This document shows positions 43,718 to 54,287 of a stretch of DNA of 64,000 bases, piece by piece (the first letter of the stretch is position 1; each line of letters starts with the position of its first letter). The position numbers and the translations under genes are program-made. The notes under the pieces were generated by a model. That model was not told where the DNA came from, searched no databases, and worked only from the letters and a program-made list of their open reading frames with translations. The stretch is from Patescibacteria group bacterium. GTDB lineage: Bacteria; Patescibacteriota; Patescibacteriia; Patescibacteriales; UBA12465. Location of the stretch: positions 137,147 to 201,146 of the forward strand of contig JBAZZR010000002.1 in assembly GCA_041658665.1 (NCBI GenBank). Direction: 5' to 3'.

Positions 43718-46700
43718 TTAAACCTCCCTAAATTCACAAATCGAATTGAAATCACAAAAAGAACACAACCGCGAAGGCGTTGGGGGAAAGTCGCGCTTTT
43801 TAATAGCCGCAATCTCTGCTCTGACTTCTAGCTGTAATTTAGTAATATCTTTTTCTGTGGCCGTAAAAGAAAATTTTTCCCCACTTTCTAAATAATAATA
43901 ACTAAGACGACTAACTTTCTGCCCTAAAAATTCTTCTAAAAATAATTGGTATAAAATTAATTGTCGTTTATCTCTAAATTCTAATTTAGTTTTAGTTTGA
44001 CCGGTTTTATAATCCACTATTTCTAAAGTGCCGTCGCTTAGTTTATCGACTCGATCAATCGCTCCTTTAATAACATCCAGGCCAATTTTAAAAGAAAATT
44101 TCTTTTCTAAAAATAATATTTCGACCGGCGCGGCGGATTGATAAGCGGCGAGAAATAATTTTAAAGATTCTCGACCGCGCAACAGATACTTTTCTCTCTC
44201 GGCTTTATCTCGATAACCATCCGGCTGCCAAAATTCAGCATAAATTTCTAAAAGCCGCTTCTCGGTTAATAGGGCGGCGGGCCAATTATTATCTTTAGTC
44301 ATTTTTCCGCTCCGTCCATCGTTTAAACCCCCGAATAGATCACCTTGCCTCGATCGATGTTCGCTTAATAAGGGTAATAAAAAATTATAAAGAGTATTGT
44401 GCATGACCCGGCCAAAAATTAAACTAGCTTTATCGGTCGAGACCGGAATTTTTAAAATAAAAGCAAACTTATACTGGAGGGGACAAGTCGAAAAAGCCGC
44501 TAACTGTGAAAAAGAAAATTTACTGGGCAAGGGATATTGCTCAATTAGGGTCGCATGATCTGGCCGTTCTAATTCTACCGCAATTTCTCTAGCATTTAAA
44601 TAGTGTAAATCTCTTAAAAATTCATTTTTTTCGCTTAGCCCTAACTCCGGCGCTATATCGCTAACTAGGCCCATTTCTTCAATAAAACGCGACGGTTTTT
44701 TTTCTCGCGCGCCGCCGTAATCTTTAGCCCCCGTTAAATATAATCTATCTTTAGCTCTAGTCGCCGCTACATAAAATAAACGGCGCTCTTCTTCTAGGTG
44801 AATATCCGGGCTCACTTCAACCTTTTCTCGGACCAGCGCCTCCGGAATAGCTATTTTTTCGTTTCGACTAATAGTCGGAAATTTTTTATCCACTAAATTA
44901 ACTAAAAAAACATATTTAAATTCTAACCCTTTAGCGCCATGAACCGTCATAATTTTAACGACATCACTGTCAGCAAAATCTAACTTTAAAGCGCCAGTCT
45001 CGCCCGCTTCTAATTCTAGATTTATGGCTAATAAAAAATCTTTTAAACGTAAATCCGGCTCCGTTTCCTCTAACTGTTTTATTTTTTGATAAAATTGATT
45101 TAAATAAGAAAATAACTCTAAGTCGCGATCCCGGTCTAACCCGACGAGTAATCCGGAATCATAAGCAAAATGTAAAAATATTTTAGTGGGTTTAGCCGTC
45201 GTGGCCAACAACGAATGTTGAGATAAAAGATTAATCAATTTATTAATATTCTTAAGACTCTCAGCGCCTATTCCGGGGATGGCATTAATATTTTTAAGCG
45301 CTTCATATAAAGACCAAACCTTACGCGCCGCCATCTTATTAATATTAATCAAATCAGAATGGGAAACTTTAAAAGCTTCCATATTTAAAATTCGAAATAG
45401 GGCTGATGATTCGTGGTAATTATCCAATAAACGGAAGTAAGCTAAAATATCCAAAATCAGCGGCTTATAATAGAGCCCGCGCCAAGACATAAACTGATTG
45501 GGAATATTTTGACGATTAAACTCTTTAACATAGGTTTCAGCGGTATCGTTAGCTCTAACTAAAATAGCAAAATCCGACCAATTAATCTCGCCGGCCCCGG
45601 CTAAATATAGGGCCCTGATCTCTTGCGCCACAAAAGCCCTCTCCTCATCTTGATTAGTCAGTTGCCAAAAACGAACTGCGCGGGCGAGGGAGGGCTGGTT
45701 GTTCATTGCTCCTTTGGCGGCTAATCGTTTATTAATTTTCAATTTAGTTTCTAAACGATTCGGATTATTATGCTGAATAAATTTATAAGCATAATCTAAA
45801 ATTTCTTGTCGCGAACGATAATTTTCCGTCAAAATAATCTCCCGAGCTTCTTGATAATTATTCTTAAACTGCAGAATATTAGATAAAGAAGCTCCCCGGA
45901 ATTTATAAATAGCTTGATCGTCATCTCCGACCACGACTAAATTATTGTGCGGCGCGGCCAATAACCTCACTAATTCATATTGAGCAAAATTAGTATCCTG
46001 AAACTCATCAACCATAATATATTTAAATTTTTGACGATAAAATTTAAGAATATTGAGCCGCTCTTTAAATAACCGCAAAGTATAAATTATTAAGTCACCA
46101 AAATCTAAAAAATTATTTTCTAAAAGAAGCTGATTATAGGTATGATAAGCGTTAGCGAGTTCCCTAATTCGACCAATTTCCAGTTCTTCTCCCTCTTCAT
46201 CAGAATCAGTCATTTTTTTCATTAACTTTTTACCTTTTGTTTTCGCGGCCGTCTTCTTGACCGGAATAATTTTTACCTTTTTAGCCACTGGTCGGCCGCT
46301 TAAACGACTGTCTTGGTCAGATTCTATCTCTTCTGCATATTTTAAATATTCCGCGGCGGAAATATTTTCGTCTTTCAGACGAGAAAAATGTCGAATTAAT
46401 TCCGAAATAAACTTAGTCGGGTTACCAAGCGGGCGATAATAATCTAAAGTAAAGCGACTTAAGTTTTTCTTAATTAAAACCCATTGTTCGGTTTCCGTTA
46501 AAAGCTTAAAATTAGCATTCAGTCCAATATCCAAGCCAAATTCCCGCAATATCCGTTCCCCAAAACTATGAAAAGTATTAATCCATAAATCCGTATAACC
46601 ATAGGGCAGAATTTTATCCGCCCTTTCTGTCATTTCGCCCGCCGCCTTTTCCGTAAAAGTCAAAAGTAAAATTTCTTCAGTCTTTATTTTCTTGTCCAAA

Positions 46701-46834
46701 ATTAAATAGGCTAAGCGATGGATTAAAACCGTCGTTTTACCCGTCCCAGCGCCAGCCACGATTAAAAGTGGTCCCCGATCATGAATAACCGCTTCTTTTT
46801 GGGCATTATTTAAACTTGCCAATAATTCAGACAT
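43718..46834 (-). CDS. UvrD/PcrA-family helicase fused to a C-terminal Cas4/AddB-type PD-(D/E)xK nuclease with a 4-Cys cluster
   Basis: Helicase motifs GAGTGKTT, VDEFQDTN, TVHGAKGLEF. Nuclease tail: CPLQYKF ... IDRVD..LEIVDYKTG ... QLILYQ ... CSFCDFNSIC. Confidence 0.85.
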   Translation of the reverse strand: MSELLASLNNAQKEAVIHDRGPLLIVAGAGTGKTTVLIHRLAYLILDKKIKTEEILLLTFTEKAAGEMTERADKILPYGYTDLWINTFHSFGERILREFGLDIGLNANFKLLTETEQWVLIKKNLSRFTLDYYRPLGNPTKFISELIRHFSRLKDENISAAEYLKYAEEIESDQDSRLSGRPVAKKVKIIPVKKTAAKTKGKKLMKKMTDSDEEGEELEIGRIRELANAYHTYNQLLLENNFLDFGDLIIYTLRLFKERLNILKFYRQKFKYIMVDEFQDTNFAQYELVRLLAAPHNNLVVVGDDDQAIYKFRGASLSNILQFKNNYQEAREIILTENYRSRQEILDYAYKFIQHNNPNRLETKLKINKRLAAKGAMNNQPSLARAVRFWQLTNQDEERAFVAQEIRALYLAGAGEINWSDFAILVRANDTAETYVKEFNRQNIPNQFMSWRGLYYKPLILDILAYFRLLDNYHESSALFRILNMEAFKVSHSDLININKMAARKVWSLYEALKNINAIPGIGAESLKNINKLINLLSQHSLLATTAKPTKIFLHFAYDSGLLVGLDRDRDLELFSYLNQFYQKIKQLEETEPDLRLKDFLLAINLELEAGETGALKLDFADSDVVKIMTVHGAKGLEFKYVFLVNLVDKKFPTISRNEKIAIPEALVREKVEVSPDIHLEEERRLFYVAATRAKDRLYLTGAKDYGGAREKKPSRFIEEMGLVSDIAPELGLSEKNEFLRDLHYLNAREIAVELERPDHATLIEQYPLPSKFSFSQLAAFSTCPLQYKFAFILKIPVSTDKASLIFGRVMHNTLYNFLLPLLSEHRSRQGDLFGGLNDGRSGKMTKDNNWPAALLTEKRLLEIYAEFWQPDGYRDKAEREKYLLRGRESLKLFLAAYQSAAPVEILFLEKKFSFKIGLDVIKGAIDRVDKLSDGTLEIVDYKTGQTKTKLEFRDKRQLILYQLFLEEFLGQKVSRLSYYYLESGEKFSFTATEKDITKLQLEVRAEIAAIKKRDFPPTPSRLCSFCDFNSICEFREV

Positions 46835-46858
46835 ACTCTAATATTATAAGCTTTAAAG

Positions 46859-48061
46859 CTATTTGCCAACCCCTCCCGTGATTTCGATTTTTGATTGTCG
46901 GATATCTTTTCCCGCCTCGTCACTAAGCTGTGACCAGGCGACATATTTATTTAAAAAATTAATTTTATCTTCTCCGGACATAAGTTGTGGGATACTAGCT
47001 CTCGATTGCAAAGGAAATAAAAAAACCGTCGTCTGATTACCTAAAATATCCAATCCGATCGCTAACCCTTGCTGCGTATCCGGCGAGAAATACTGATCAA
47101 ATATAAAATTACCCAAAGAATAAAAAATTGGTTTATTCTGATAAATTTCCATCCCCTGCACTACATGCGGATGATGACCAATAATGATATCCGCTCCCGC
47201 TTCTATTAAAGCGCGGCCGATTGTTTGTTGATGTTGACTAAATTGATGCTGATACTCCGTCCCCCAATGAATATTAATTATTACTAAATCGGCCTGAACT
47301 TGAGCAGCCCGAATTAATTCAACCGCTTCTTTTAAATTAAAATCATGATAAACCATTGATAAACTAATAAAAGCGATCTTTTTACCTTTTATATCGACGA
47401 CTCTAAGCGAATTTTGATCGACCGCCGCATCAGCGCTACCACTATAATTTAAACCTAATTCGGTCAGATTTTTTCGCGTTTCCTCTAAGCCTCGCGCGCC
47501 CTGATCGGTAATATGATTATTAGCAATACTAAAAAAGTTAAAGCCGTACGACTGTAATTCCTGAATTCGGGCTGGCAAAAAAGCGAAATCATAGGCTTGC
47601 ACCGGATTATAATGTGCTCCTTGATTAGTCACTGCTCCCTCTAAATTAGCCCCCACTAAATCATGGCCGGCTAAAATATTCGGCGTAGAGCTAGCTAAAG
47701 CTTGCAATAAATAATTTAGATGAAGATTTTTAAGCTTATCGCCGACATGGCGATCTAACATCAAATCACCAAAAAATAACAAACTAATAGTTTGATCTAA
47801 ACGAGGAGAAGCCGAAGGCTTAATTAATCGTCTAGAGGAAGAAGCGTAATCCTGATTAGAAGAGGGACGCTCTTGGCTAGAAGAAGTGCCCTCCTGGTTA
47901 GAAGAAATTAAAACTTTATCAGGCGCAACCTTGTTTAAAACTACCGGATAATCCGATTGAAAAAATCGCCAATTTTTAAAAAATAATAATCCACTCCCGC
48001 CCGCGGCTAATAAAATTAAGCCAAGGACTGACAACCAGAGATAAGCAGATTTTCGCTTCAT
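46859..48061 (-). CDS. CapA/PGA_cap family metallophosphoesterase-like protein (membrane anchored)
   Basis: N-terminal TM helix; FFGDLMLDR, ANNHITDQG, GHHPHVVQG motifs typical of CapA. Confidence 0.8.
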   Translation of the reverse strand: MKRKSAYLWLSVLGLILLAAGGSGLLFFKNWRFFQSDYPVVLNKVAPDKVLISSNQEGTSSSQERPSSNQDYASSSRRLIKPSASPRLDQTISLLFFGDLMLDRHVGDKLKNLHLNYLLQALASSTPNILAGHDLVGANLEGAVTNQGAHYNPVQAYDFAFLPARIQELQSYGFNFFSIANNHITDQGARGLEETRKNLTELGLNYSGSADAAVDQNSLRVVDIKGKKIAFISLSMVYHDFNLKEAVELIRAAQVQADLVIINIHWGTEYQHQFSQHQQTIGRALIEAGADIIIGHHPHVVQGMEIYQNKPIFYSLGNFIFDQYFSPDTQQGLAIGLDILGNQTTVFLFPLQSRASIPQLMSGEDKINFLNKYVAWSQLSDEAGKDIRQSKIEITGGVGK

Positions 48062-48062
48062 A

Positions 48063-49340
48063 TTAAAATTTTAAAATCTTCTTTAATCGACTGGCCTGGG
48101 CCTGACCAATCACCGCTAAATTTAAATTATTATTTACAAAAATTTTCTGAGCCGTTTGCTGTAAATCGCTCGGGGTAATCTTATTTATAATTTTTAAGAA
48201 TTCACCGGGCGTAATTATTTGATGGCGTAAAATCGCTTGTCGGGCGTACCAAGTCGCTAAATTATCAGTGGCTTCCATCTGTAATAACGATTTTCCCGCT
48301 AAAAGATCCTTAGCTCTTTTTAGTTCCGAGGGACTGACTAGTTCGCTAGTTAATCGCTGGTACTCCGCTAAAATAATCTTTATCGCCGCTAGGGTTTTAT
48401 CTTTAGGCACACCCGCTTGCGTAGTCAAATAACCGGAATCCGAATAAAACTCACTGGCCGTCCGAACATAATAAGCTAAGCCGTTTTTTGCGCGTAAATT
48501 AATAAACAAACGCGAGCTCATTGATCCGCCTAAAATAATAGACAACAACTTAATCTTAAATTCTTCCGGGTGACCAATCGCTACTGTCCGAACGCCTAAA
48601 GACAAATTCACTTGATCGATTTTTTTATTTGCAATCTTTAAGCGCGGACTTCTCTGAACTTCTCTGACCGCTAATTTATCACTCCATTTATTCTTAGGCA
48701 CTGTGGCAAACAGCCGCGCGACGGCTTTTTTATCGGTCTCTTTAAAACCGCCAGCAATAATTATATAAATACTTTTAGTGCCATATTGCGTCTGAAAATA
48801 ACGTAAAAAATCAGACCGCTTAAAACGACGAATATTTTCTTTAGTGCCAATTGTTTCCCAACCGGCTGGCGCATCTCCGTAAAGACAGGTTTCAAAAATA
48901 TCTTCTACGTGCATGAGGGGATTATCTTCATACATATTTAACTCTTCGATAATCACTCCTTTTTCTCGCTCAATCTCGGCTGGTTCAAACTTAGAGTTAA
49001 GAAGCATATCGCTAACAATATCTAATGCCTCCTTTAATTTCGGAGCTGCCACCTTAATCCAATAACCGGTAAACTCTTTAGCCGTAAAAGCATTATATTC
49101 TCCCCCTAAAGAATCTAGCTCGCTTGATAAGGCTAAAGTGTCCGGTCGACGCTTTGTTCCTTTAAAGAACATATGCTCTAAAAAATGAGATAAACCATTG
49201 TTAGTCCGAGTTTCATACTTAGAGCCGGTTTTTATCATAATTAAAGCCGTAACCGTTCGCGCTCCCTTAACCGGAATAGTAATTAAGGGGATTTTATTTG
49301 ACAAAATATCAATTTTATATTTATTCATAATATTAAACAA
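48063..49340 (-). CDS. M16 family zinc peptidase (pitrilysin-like)
   Basis: Inverted zinc motif HFLEHMFFKGT (HxxEH) and two-domain M16 length. Confidence 0.85.
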   Translation of the reverse strand: MFNIMNKYKIDILSNKIPLITIPVKGARTVTALIMIKTGSKYETRTNNGLSHFLEHMFFKGTKRRPDTLALSSELDSLGGEYNAFTAKEFTGYWIKVAAPKLKEALDIVSDMLLNSKFEPAEIEREKGVIIEELNMYEDNPLMHVEDIFETCLYGDAPAGWETIGTKENIRRFKRSDFLRYFQTQYGTKSIYIIIAGGFKETDKKAVARLFATVPKNKWSDKLAVREVQRSPRLKIANKKIDQVNLSLGVRTVAIGHPEEFKIKLLSIILGGSMSSRLFINLRAKNGLAYYVRTASEFYSDSGYLTTQAGVPKDKTLAAIKIILAEYQRLTSELVSPSELKRAKDLLAGKSLLQMEATDNLATWYARQAILRHQIITPGEFLKIINKITPSDLQQTAQKIFVNNNLNLAVIGQAQASRLKKILKF

Positions 49341-49403
49341 ATTAAGCTATTAATAAATTAGTCTAGTAGCCAAGGCTATCTTATTTAAAACTTAGCATAT
49401 TCT

Positions 49404-49412
49404 TGCTATAAT
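49404..49412 (+). promoter_or_regulatory. Extended -10 element (TGCTATAAT) for radC
   Basis: The same 9-mer as upstream of the relA-like gene, 47 nt before ATG 49459. Confidence 0.35.
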
Positions 49413-49458
49413 TTAAAGGAAGCTAATAAAGAGGTAATTATTCTGCCCAAACAAAAAT

Positions 49459-50172
49459 ATGTCTTATAAAATTCAAGATCATGTGACGATTCTAAATCAT
49501 GGCCGACAATATATTATGCGGGTTAAAGACCGCCCCGAGGAAGAAAGGCCACGAGAAAAAATAATGCGCGACGGGGTCGGATCTTTAAGTTCGGCTGAAT
49601 TATTAGCCGTCATCTTGGGAGTCGGAACTAAAAAAGAAGAAGTATTTGCTATGTCCAGCCGTCTTTTAAGAGAATACGGGGAAAAAGGAATCGCCTATCA
49701 AAAAGATCCTCTTATAATTGAAAAAGATCTAAAAATCCCTAACGCTAAAGCCTGCCAGATAGTCGCCTGCTTTGAGTTAGGCCGTCGCTTTTATCAAAAA
49801 AAACCAGGCGGATCAATTACTATTCGAACCGCGGCTCAAGCTTTCGCTTATCTAAAAGACATGGGAAATCTGAATAAAGAACAATTCCGGGGACTATATT
49901 TAAATACTCATTATCAGCTTATCCACGATGAAGTAATCTCTCTAGGGACTCTGGAGGCCTCTCTGGTTCAGCCCCGGGAAGTTTTCCGACCAGCTTTGGA
50001 ATATTCTGCGGCCGCGCTTATTATTGCTCATAATCATCCCTCCGGAGTTCTTAAGGCCAGTAAAGCGGATGTAGAAATAACCGACAAACTAATCGCCGCG
50101 AGCAATATTTTAGGGATAGATATTTTAGACCACTTAATAATCGGCAAAAATAAATTTGCCAGTATTATTTAA
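49459..50172 (+). CDS. radC: RadC-like JAMM-domain protein
   Basis: HhH region LSSAELLAVILGVGT and JAMM motif IIAHNHPSG..S.AD. Confidence 0.9.
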   Translation: MSYKIQDHVTILNHGRQYIMRVKDRPEEERPREKIMRDGVGSLSSAELLAVILGVGTKKEEVFAMSSRLLREYGEKGIAYQKDPLIIEKDLKIPNAKACQIVACFELGRRFYQKKPGGSITIRTAAQAFAYLKDMGNLNKEQFRGLYLNTHYQLIHDEVISLGTLEASLVQPREVFRPALEYSAAALIIAHNHPSGVLKASKADVEITDKLIAASNILGIDILDHLIIGKNKFASII

Positions 50173-50190
50173 TATTTAGATAAACTTAAG

Positions 50191-50234
50191 ACTGGACGAG
50201 TTAAGCTTTAAAAGAGCCGGCTCGTCCAGTTTTA
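50191..50234 (+). terminator. Probable terminator after radC
   Basis: 10-bp stem ACTGGACGAG/CTCGTCCAGT (20-nt loop with an internal GAGCCGGCTC palindrome), followed by TTTTAATT. Confidence 0.55.
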
Positions 50235-50249
50235 ATTACTAGCGCCACT

Positions 50250-50531
50250 ATGCCAAAAAAATATAAAATTACGCCGCCGCTTTGGTTAATTAAAGATGAG
50301 GCCAGTATAAAATTTCATGTCAAAAGTCAGGATTATTTTGGTACGATGGCCACTGTTTTGTCTCTCTTAAGAGAACAAATTAAAAAAAGCGATATTAAAA
50401 ATACCACTTTGTTAGAAAAAATCCTAAATAATTTAGAAAAAGATTTACTATTACTCCAAAAAAATTATCACATTAAACCAAACATCAGGAAAAGAAAAAT
50501 AATACCAAAAGGCAAGCTTAATAGCCAGTGA
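50250..50531 (+). CDS. Hypothetical 93-aa protein (weak call)
   Basis: The ORF starts 16 nt after the radC terminator and its 3' end overlaps the convergent Wzy-like gene by 64 nt. No family was recognised. Confidence 0.3.
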   Translation: MPKKYKITPPLWLIKDEASIKFHVKSQDYFGTMATVLSLLREQIKKSDIKNTTLLEKILNNLEKDLLLLQKNYHIKPNIRKRKIIPKGKLNSQ

Positions 50532-51766
50532 TCTAATAGCATTAATATAATTAGAGCACCCAACATTGCTCCCGAATAAATATTGCGGCGCTCTTTTTTA
50601 AGAAGAAATAAAAAGATTAAGAAAGCTATTAGGGCGCCAAGGCCGCTTTCTGTCCATAATAATAAAAAGACATTATGCACCGGCTGATAGTCCCAAGCAG
50701 CTTTTTGATAATTATCTTGGCGTTCTGAGACGGCCACGTAATTCCCCGGGCCAACCCCCCACAGCCAGTTTTTCTGAATCAGTTCCTGCGCCTCAACTAA
50801 ATATTCCTGTCGCTCATTCCAAGATTTAAGTTCCAGACGGGTCGAAGCGTCGACTCGAGCTCCTAATAAATGACGATAAGGCACGGCGACAATAAAAATC
50901 ATTAAGACTGAAAAAAGAATTAATACGACAAAGCGACCAGAGACCCAATGGTCTTTTTTAAATAACAGGAAAATAAAAATATAAATAAGCCCGAAGGCGA
51001 AAGCTAGCCAGGCGGCGCGCGAAAAAGAAAAAAACAAGGCGCATAAAGAAGTAAAGTAAAAAATAAAAAGGAAAATCGATTCGCCCATCTCCGCGACCGA
51101 ACGAATCATTTTCTTTTTAGCTAATAAATAAGCAGCAATGATTAAAGCTAAAGCCAAAACGCCGCCAAAAATATTAGGATGATCAAAACTCCCATAAGCC
51201 CGGAGCCAACGACCAGAAGCTACTTCCACAACTGCCGCGCCCAAAGTGCTAGCATCATGATGCGCTAATCCTAAATATTTAAACACCGGTGTTTGTTGAT
51301 TTAAAAATTGATAAATACCGAGTATTGACTGGAGTAAAATACCGCCCAAAAAACTATACAATAATTTAACCTTATTTAAACTCGGCTCTTCATAATTACT
51401 AACATTCAACCCAGAAAATAAAAGATAAAATAAAGCTAAGCCAACTAAAAATAAAACATAGTAATAAAAAGCGAGCACTTGATCGCTGGCGACAAAAAAC
51501 GAAGCGAGGACAAATAAATCCAAACCCGCCAGCGACCACCATAAACCAGACACTGGTTCATCTTGCTTGTGTCGGCGAATTTTATAAATAAAAAATAACA
51601 CCAAAATAAAAAGCAATAAGACATGGCTTAAATATAAGCTAATTTCGTTAAAATTAGAGTTAGCCGGTCGCAAAATTATCTTAGTCTGCCAAGGCAACAA
51701 GAAGACGAATAAATAGAAAAGCCCTTCAATAAGTTGTCGAAAAAATTTGCTGAATTTTATTTCCAT
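50468..51766 (-). CDS. O-antigen-ligase/Wzy family polytopic membrane protein
   Basis: 432 aa with more than 10 TM helices and a Wzy_C-like FSFSRAAWLAFAFGLIY motif. Confidence 0.7.
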   Translation of the reverse strand: MEIKFSKFFRQLIEGLFYLFVFLLPWQTKIILRPANSNFNEISLYLSHVLLLFILVLFFIYKIRRHKQDEPVSGLWWSLAGLDLFVLASFFVASDQVLAFYYYVLFLVGLALFYLLFSGLNVSNYEEPSLNKVKLLYSFLGGILLQSILGIYQFLNQQTPVFKYLGLAHHDASTLGAAVVEVASGRWLRAYGSFDHPNIFGGVLALALIIAAYLLAKKKMIRSVAEMGESIFLFIFYFTSLCALFFSFSRAAWLAFAFGLIYIFIFLLFKKDHWVSGRFVVLILFSVLMIFIVAVPYRHLLGARVDASTRLELKSWNERQEYLVEAQELIQKNWLWGVGPGNYVAVSERQDNYQKAAWDYQPVHNVFLLLWTESGLGALIAFLIFLFLLKKERRNIYSGAMLGALIILMLLDHWLLSLPFGIIFLFLMFGLM

Positions 51767-52676
51767 ATTTTTCTAAAATTTCCTGACGATTATCATGTTC
51801 ATGAAACTTAAGTACCTGGTCATTAATGATAACATGCCCCGGCTTATTCCTCGCCACTCTAATCGTCTGGGGTAATATCTTTAATTGTAGCATCTTAGCA
51901 AAAAATTCCAAATAGTCAATTGCCAAAAACGACGGACGACTCAAATTAATTTTATCTGGCATCACCACCCTTAATTGGGGGCCATCTAAACCCGCCTCAT
52001 CTTTATTAACCGATAAAAACTGGGCATAGACCCCACCACGGTCATAAAGGGGAAAAAAATAACGACGCCAATAATGAAAATGGGGATCGAAAGCGGCGAT
52101 TTTTAAATTATCAAGATTGAGCTGGTCTTCAGTAATATAAAAACTTAAACAAACCCGATCGCGCTTAACTTTAATAGTCGGTCGCTTATTTAATAGTTTA
52201 GCTAAACCGGCACAATATAAACGACTTAACCAAATTCTTCCCGGCGCACTAACAATAAAAAAATCTAAATCGCTACCATCGCGTAAATTATGATCGCCAA
52301 AAGAATTACTTAAGGCAACTAGCCTAATAAAAGGACAAATTTTAAATAAATTAGCAAAGCGACGAGCGATTTTTAATTTACGACAACTATAATTATAGCG
52401 CTCCGCCCGAGTCGCCACAATAGAATCGCGCCCGACTAAAAAATAAAAACCATGCTGCTCGGCTACTTTAGGTTGTGCGGTCTGATCTGCCTGTAAGGCT
52501 CCAAGAATCTCCGACGGACTAACTAGCCGATCTAAATTGACCCAAATTTCATAAGTGGTTAAAGGATAGTCAAATAAATCAAAAAAAATAATCAGCTTAA
52601 CGACTGCCCGGCGCAAACCACTATCCGTTTGTAAATCATCACCAAACATGTTATTCATTATTTTTAGGTCGATCAA
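51726..52676 (-). CDS. Hypothetical protein, possibly nucleotidyltransferase-fold
   Basis: 316 aa. The GSDLDFFIV segment resembles the pol-beta NTase G[SG]..D.D motif. It overlaps both neighbours. This is a weak functional call. Confidence 0.5.
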   Translation of the reverse strand: MIDLKIMNNMFGDDLQTDSGLRRAVVKLIIFFDLFDYPLTTYEIWVNLDRLVSPSEILGALQADQTAQPKVAEQHGFYFLVGRDSIVATRAERYNYSCRKLKIARRFANLFKICPFIRLVALSNSFGDHNLRDGSDLDFFIVSAPGRIWLSRLYCAGLAKLLNKRPTIKVKRDRVCLSFYITEDQLNLDNLKIAAFDPHFHYWRRYFFPLYDRGGVYAQFLSVNKDEAGLDGPQLRVVMPDKINLSRPSFLAIDYLEFFAKMLQLKILPQTIRVARNKPGHVIINDQVLKFHEHDNRQEILEKYGNKIQQIFSTTY

Positions 52677-53763
52677 TATGCAAAACCTCTACTTGACCTT
52701 TAACCTCGGTAATTTTAGTCACATCTTTATCAATTTTCTTAAACTCTAAATAGGCATTATTATAATGATTGACAGTCGTCGACATAGAAACTCCTAATTT
52801 TTTCATAAATTCGTCATAACTACTAATATGCCGCTGTAATTTTTCGATATTTGCTCTAATTTCTTTAGCTTTTTCCTCAATTTGCATCGCCTTTAGTCCC
52901 TGCAGAACTGTTTGTAAATAAGCCAAAAAAGAGGTAGGCGAAACAATAATAACCTTTTTATCGCGGAAGGCATACTCAATTAAATCGCGCGTATTAACTT
53001 TAACTATGCCCACCGAATTAACTAATAAATCATAATAAATCGCTTCGGAAGGGATAAACATAAAAGCAAACTCTAAAGTATTCTCACTGGGTTTGACGTA
53101 TTTAGCTGTTTCATCAATTCGATTCTTTAAATCAGCCTTAAACTGAATTTCTAATTTTTTGCGAGTCTCTGCGTCAGTACAGTTAATTAATTTTTCATAA
53201 TTTTCCAGAGAAAATTTGGCGTCAATTGGGATAATTTTATCTTTTACAAAAACTACCGCGTCAACAATAGTCCCGTCTTTAAAAGGATATTGCATTTGGA
53301 AAGATTTAGGCGGTAAAACATTTTTTAAAGTTTCTTCTAAAAAATATTCGCCTAAAACGCCGCGCTGTTTAGGATTCTTTAAAATATCTTGTAAATTCTG
53401 GAGTTGCGCTGAAAAATTTACTACTTGCTTATTAGTTTCATCAAGTTTAGTCAACTTCTCGGTCACATCCGCAATCAATTTAGCCGATTGCGAAGTAATA
53501 TTTTGAACAATTTTAGCGTTTTGGCCGAATTGTTCTTGATTAGTGCGATGGGTTTCCGATAATTTACGGTCCAGCTCCTGGCGTAATTCACTATTTTGCA
53601 AGGAAAGTTGACTTAATTTTTCTGACTGCTGAATCAAGTGCTCGGTTACCGAATCAATTTTCTGGTCATTCTCTCCGCTTTTCTTACGCAATAATAAAAA
53701 AATCACAGCCGCAACGCCAAAAATTAATAGTACTAATAGAAATTGAATTAAATAGTTATTCAT
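52651..53763 (-). CDS. rmuC: DNA recombination protein RmuC
   Basis: N-terminal TM helix, long coiled coil, and a C-terminal RmuC nuclease-like domain (DAVVFVKDKIIPIDAKFSLENY, FMFIPSEAIY). Confidence 0.88.
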   Translation of the reverse strand: MNNYLIQFLLVLLIFGVAAVIFLLLRKKSGENDQKIDSVTEHLIQQSEKLSQLSLQNSELRQELDRKLSETHRTNQEQFGQNAKIVQNITSQSAKLIADVTEKLTKLDETNKQVVNFSAQLQNLQDILKNPKQRGVLGEYFLEETLKNVLPPKSFQMQYPFKDGTIVDAVVFVKDKIIPIDAKFSLENYEKLINCTDAETRKKLEIQFKADLKNRIDETAKYVKPSENTLEFAFMFIPSEAIYYDLLVNSVGIVKVNTRDLIEYAFRDKKVIIVSPTSFLAYLQTVLQGLKAMQIEEKAKEIRANIEKLQRHISSYDEFMKKLGVSMSTTVNHYNNAYLEFKKIDKDVTKITEVKGQVEVLHIDRPKNNE

Positions 53764-53817
53764 ATTCTCTTGGACTTAGCTACTAAATCCGGGGTAATAA
53801 ACAAGCAACTTTTTTAT

Positions 53818-54279
53818 TTACTCTACTTTTTTATTGTTTTCCCTCTTTAATAAATCTCGAATCTCTCCTAATAATTCCTGGTCTTTAGTTAATAGCTTAA
53901 TTTCCTCGGCTTTTTTCTCACCTTCAGCGACTATCGATTTTAACCGTGTCTTAAGCCGACCAATTAATTTAACCATGAAGAAGATGGCCACAGCGACTAT
54001 CAAAAAATCAAGGATATTCTGTAAAAATAAACCAATATTTATAGAAACGCTTGGGGTAACGACAGCGCCATTAGCCGCTTCAACCGCTTTCTTTAAAACA
54101 ATCTTGATATCGGAAAAATTTATGCCGCCCATAAGCAATCCTAAAGGCGGCATAATAATATCGGCTACGAAAGAAGAAACTATCTTGCCGAAAGCACCGC
54201 CGATAACGACCGCAACGGCCAGATCGACGACGTTGCCCTTGACGGCAAACTCTTGAAACTCTTTTAAATATTTTTTCAT
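53818..54279 (-). CDS. mscL: Large-conductance mechanosensitive channel
   Basis: Start at MKKYLKEF (cat at 54277-54279). [37 protein letters not shown] is canonical MscL. Confidence 0.93.
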   Translation of the reverse strand: MKKYLKEFQEFAVKGNVVDLAVAVVIGGAFGKIVSSFVADIIMPPLGLLMGGINFSDIKIVLKKAVEAANGAVVTPSVSINIGLFLQNILDFLIVAVAIFFMVKLIGRLKTRLKSIVAEGEKKAEEIKLLTKDQELLGEIRDLLKRENNKKVE

Positions 54280-54287
54280 AATTCTAA

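Noticed and set aside
53834-54256. 140-aa plus-strand ORF
   Set aside because: It is the antisense shadow of mscL, whose translation is canonical.
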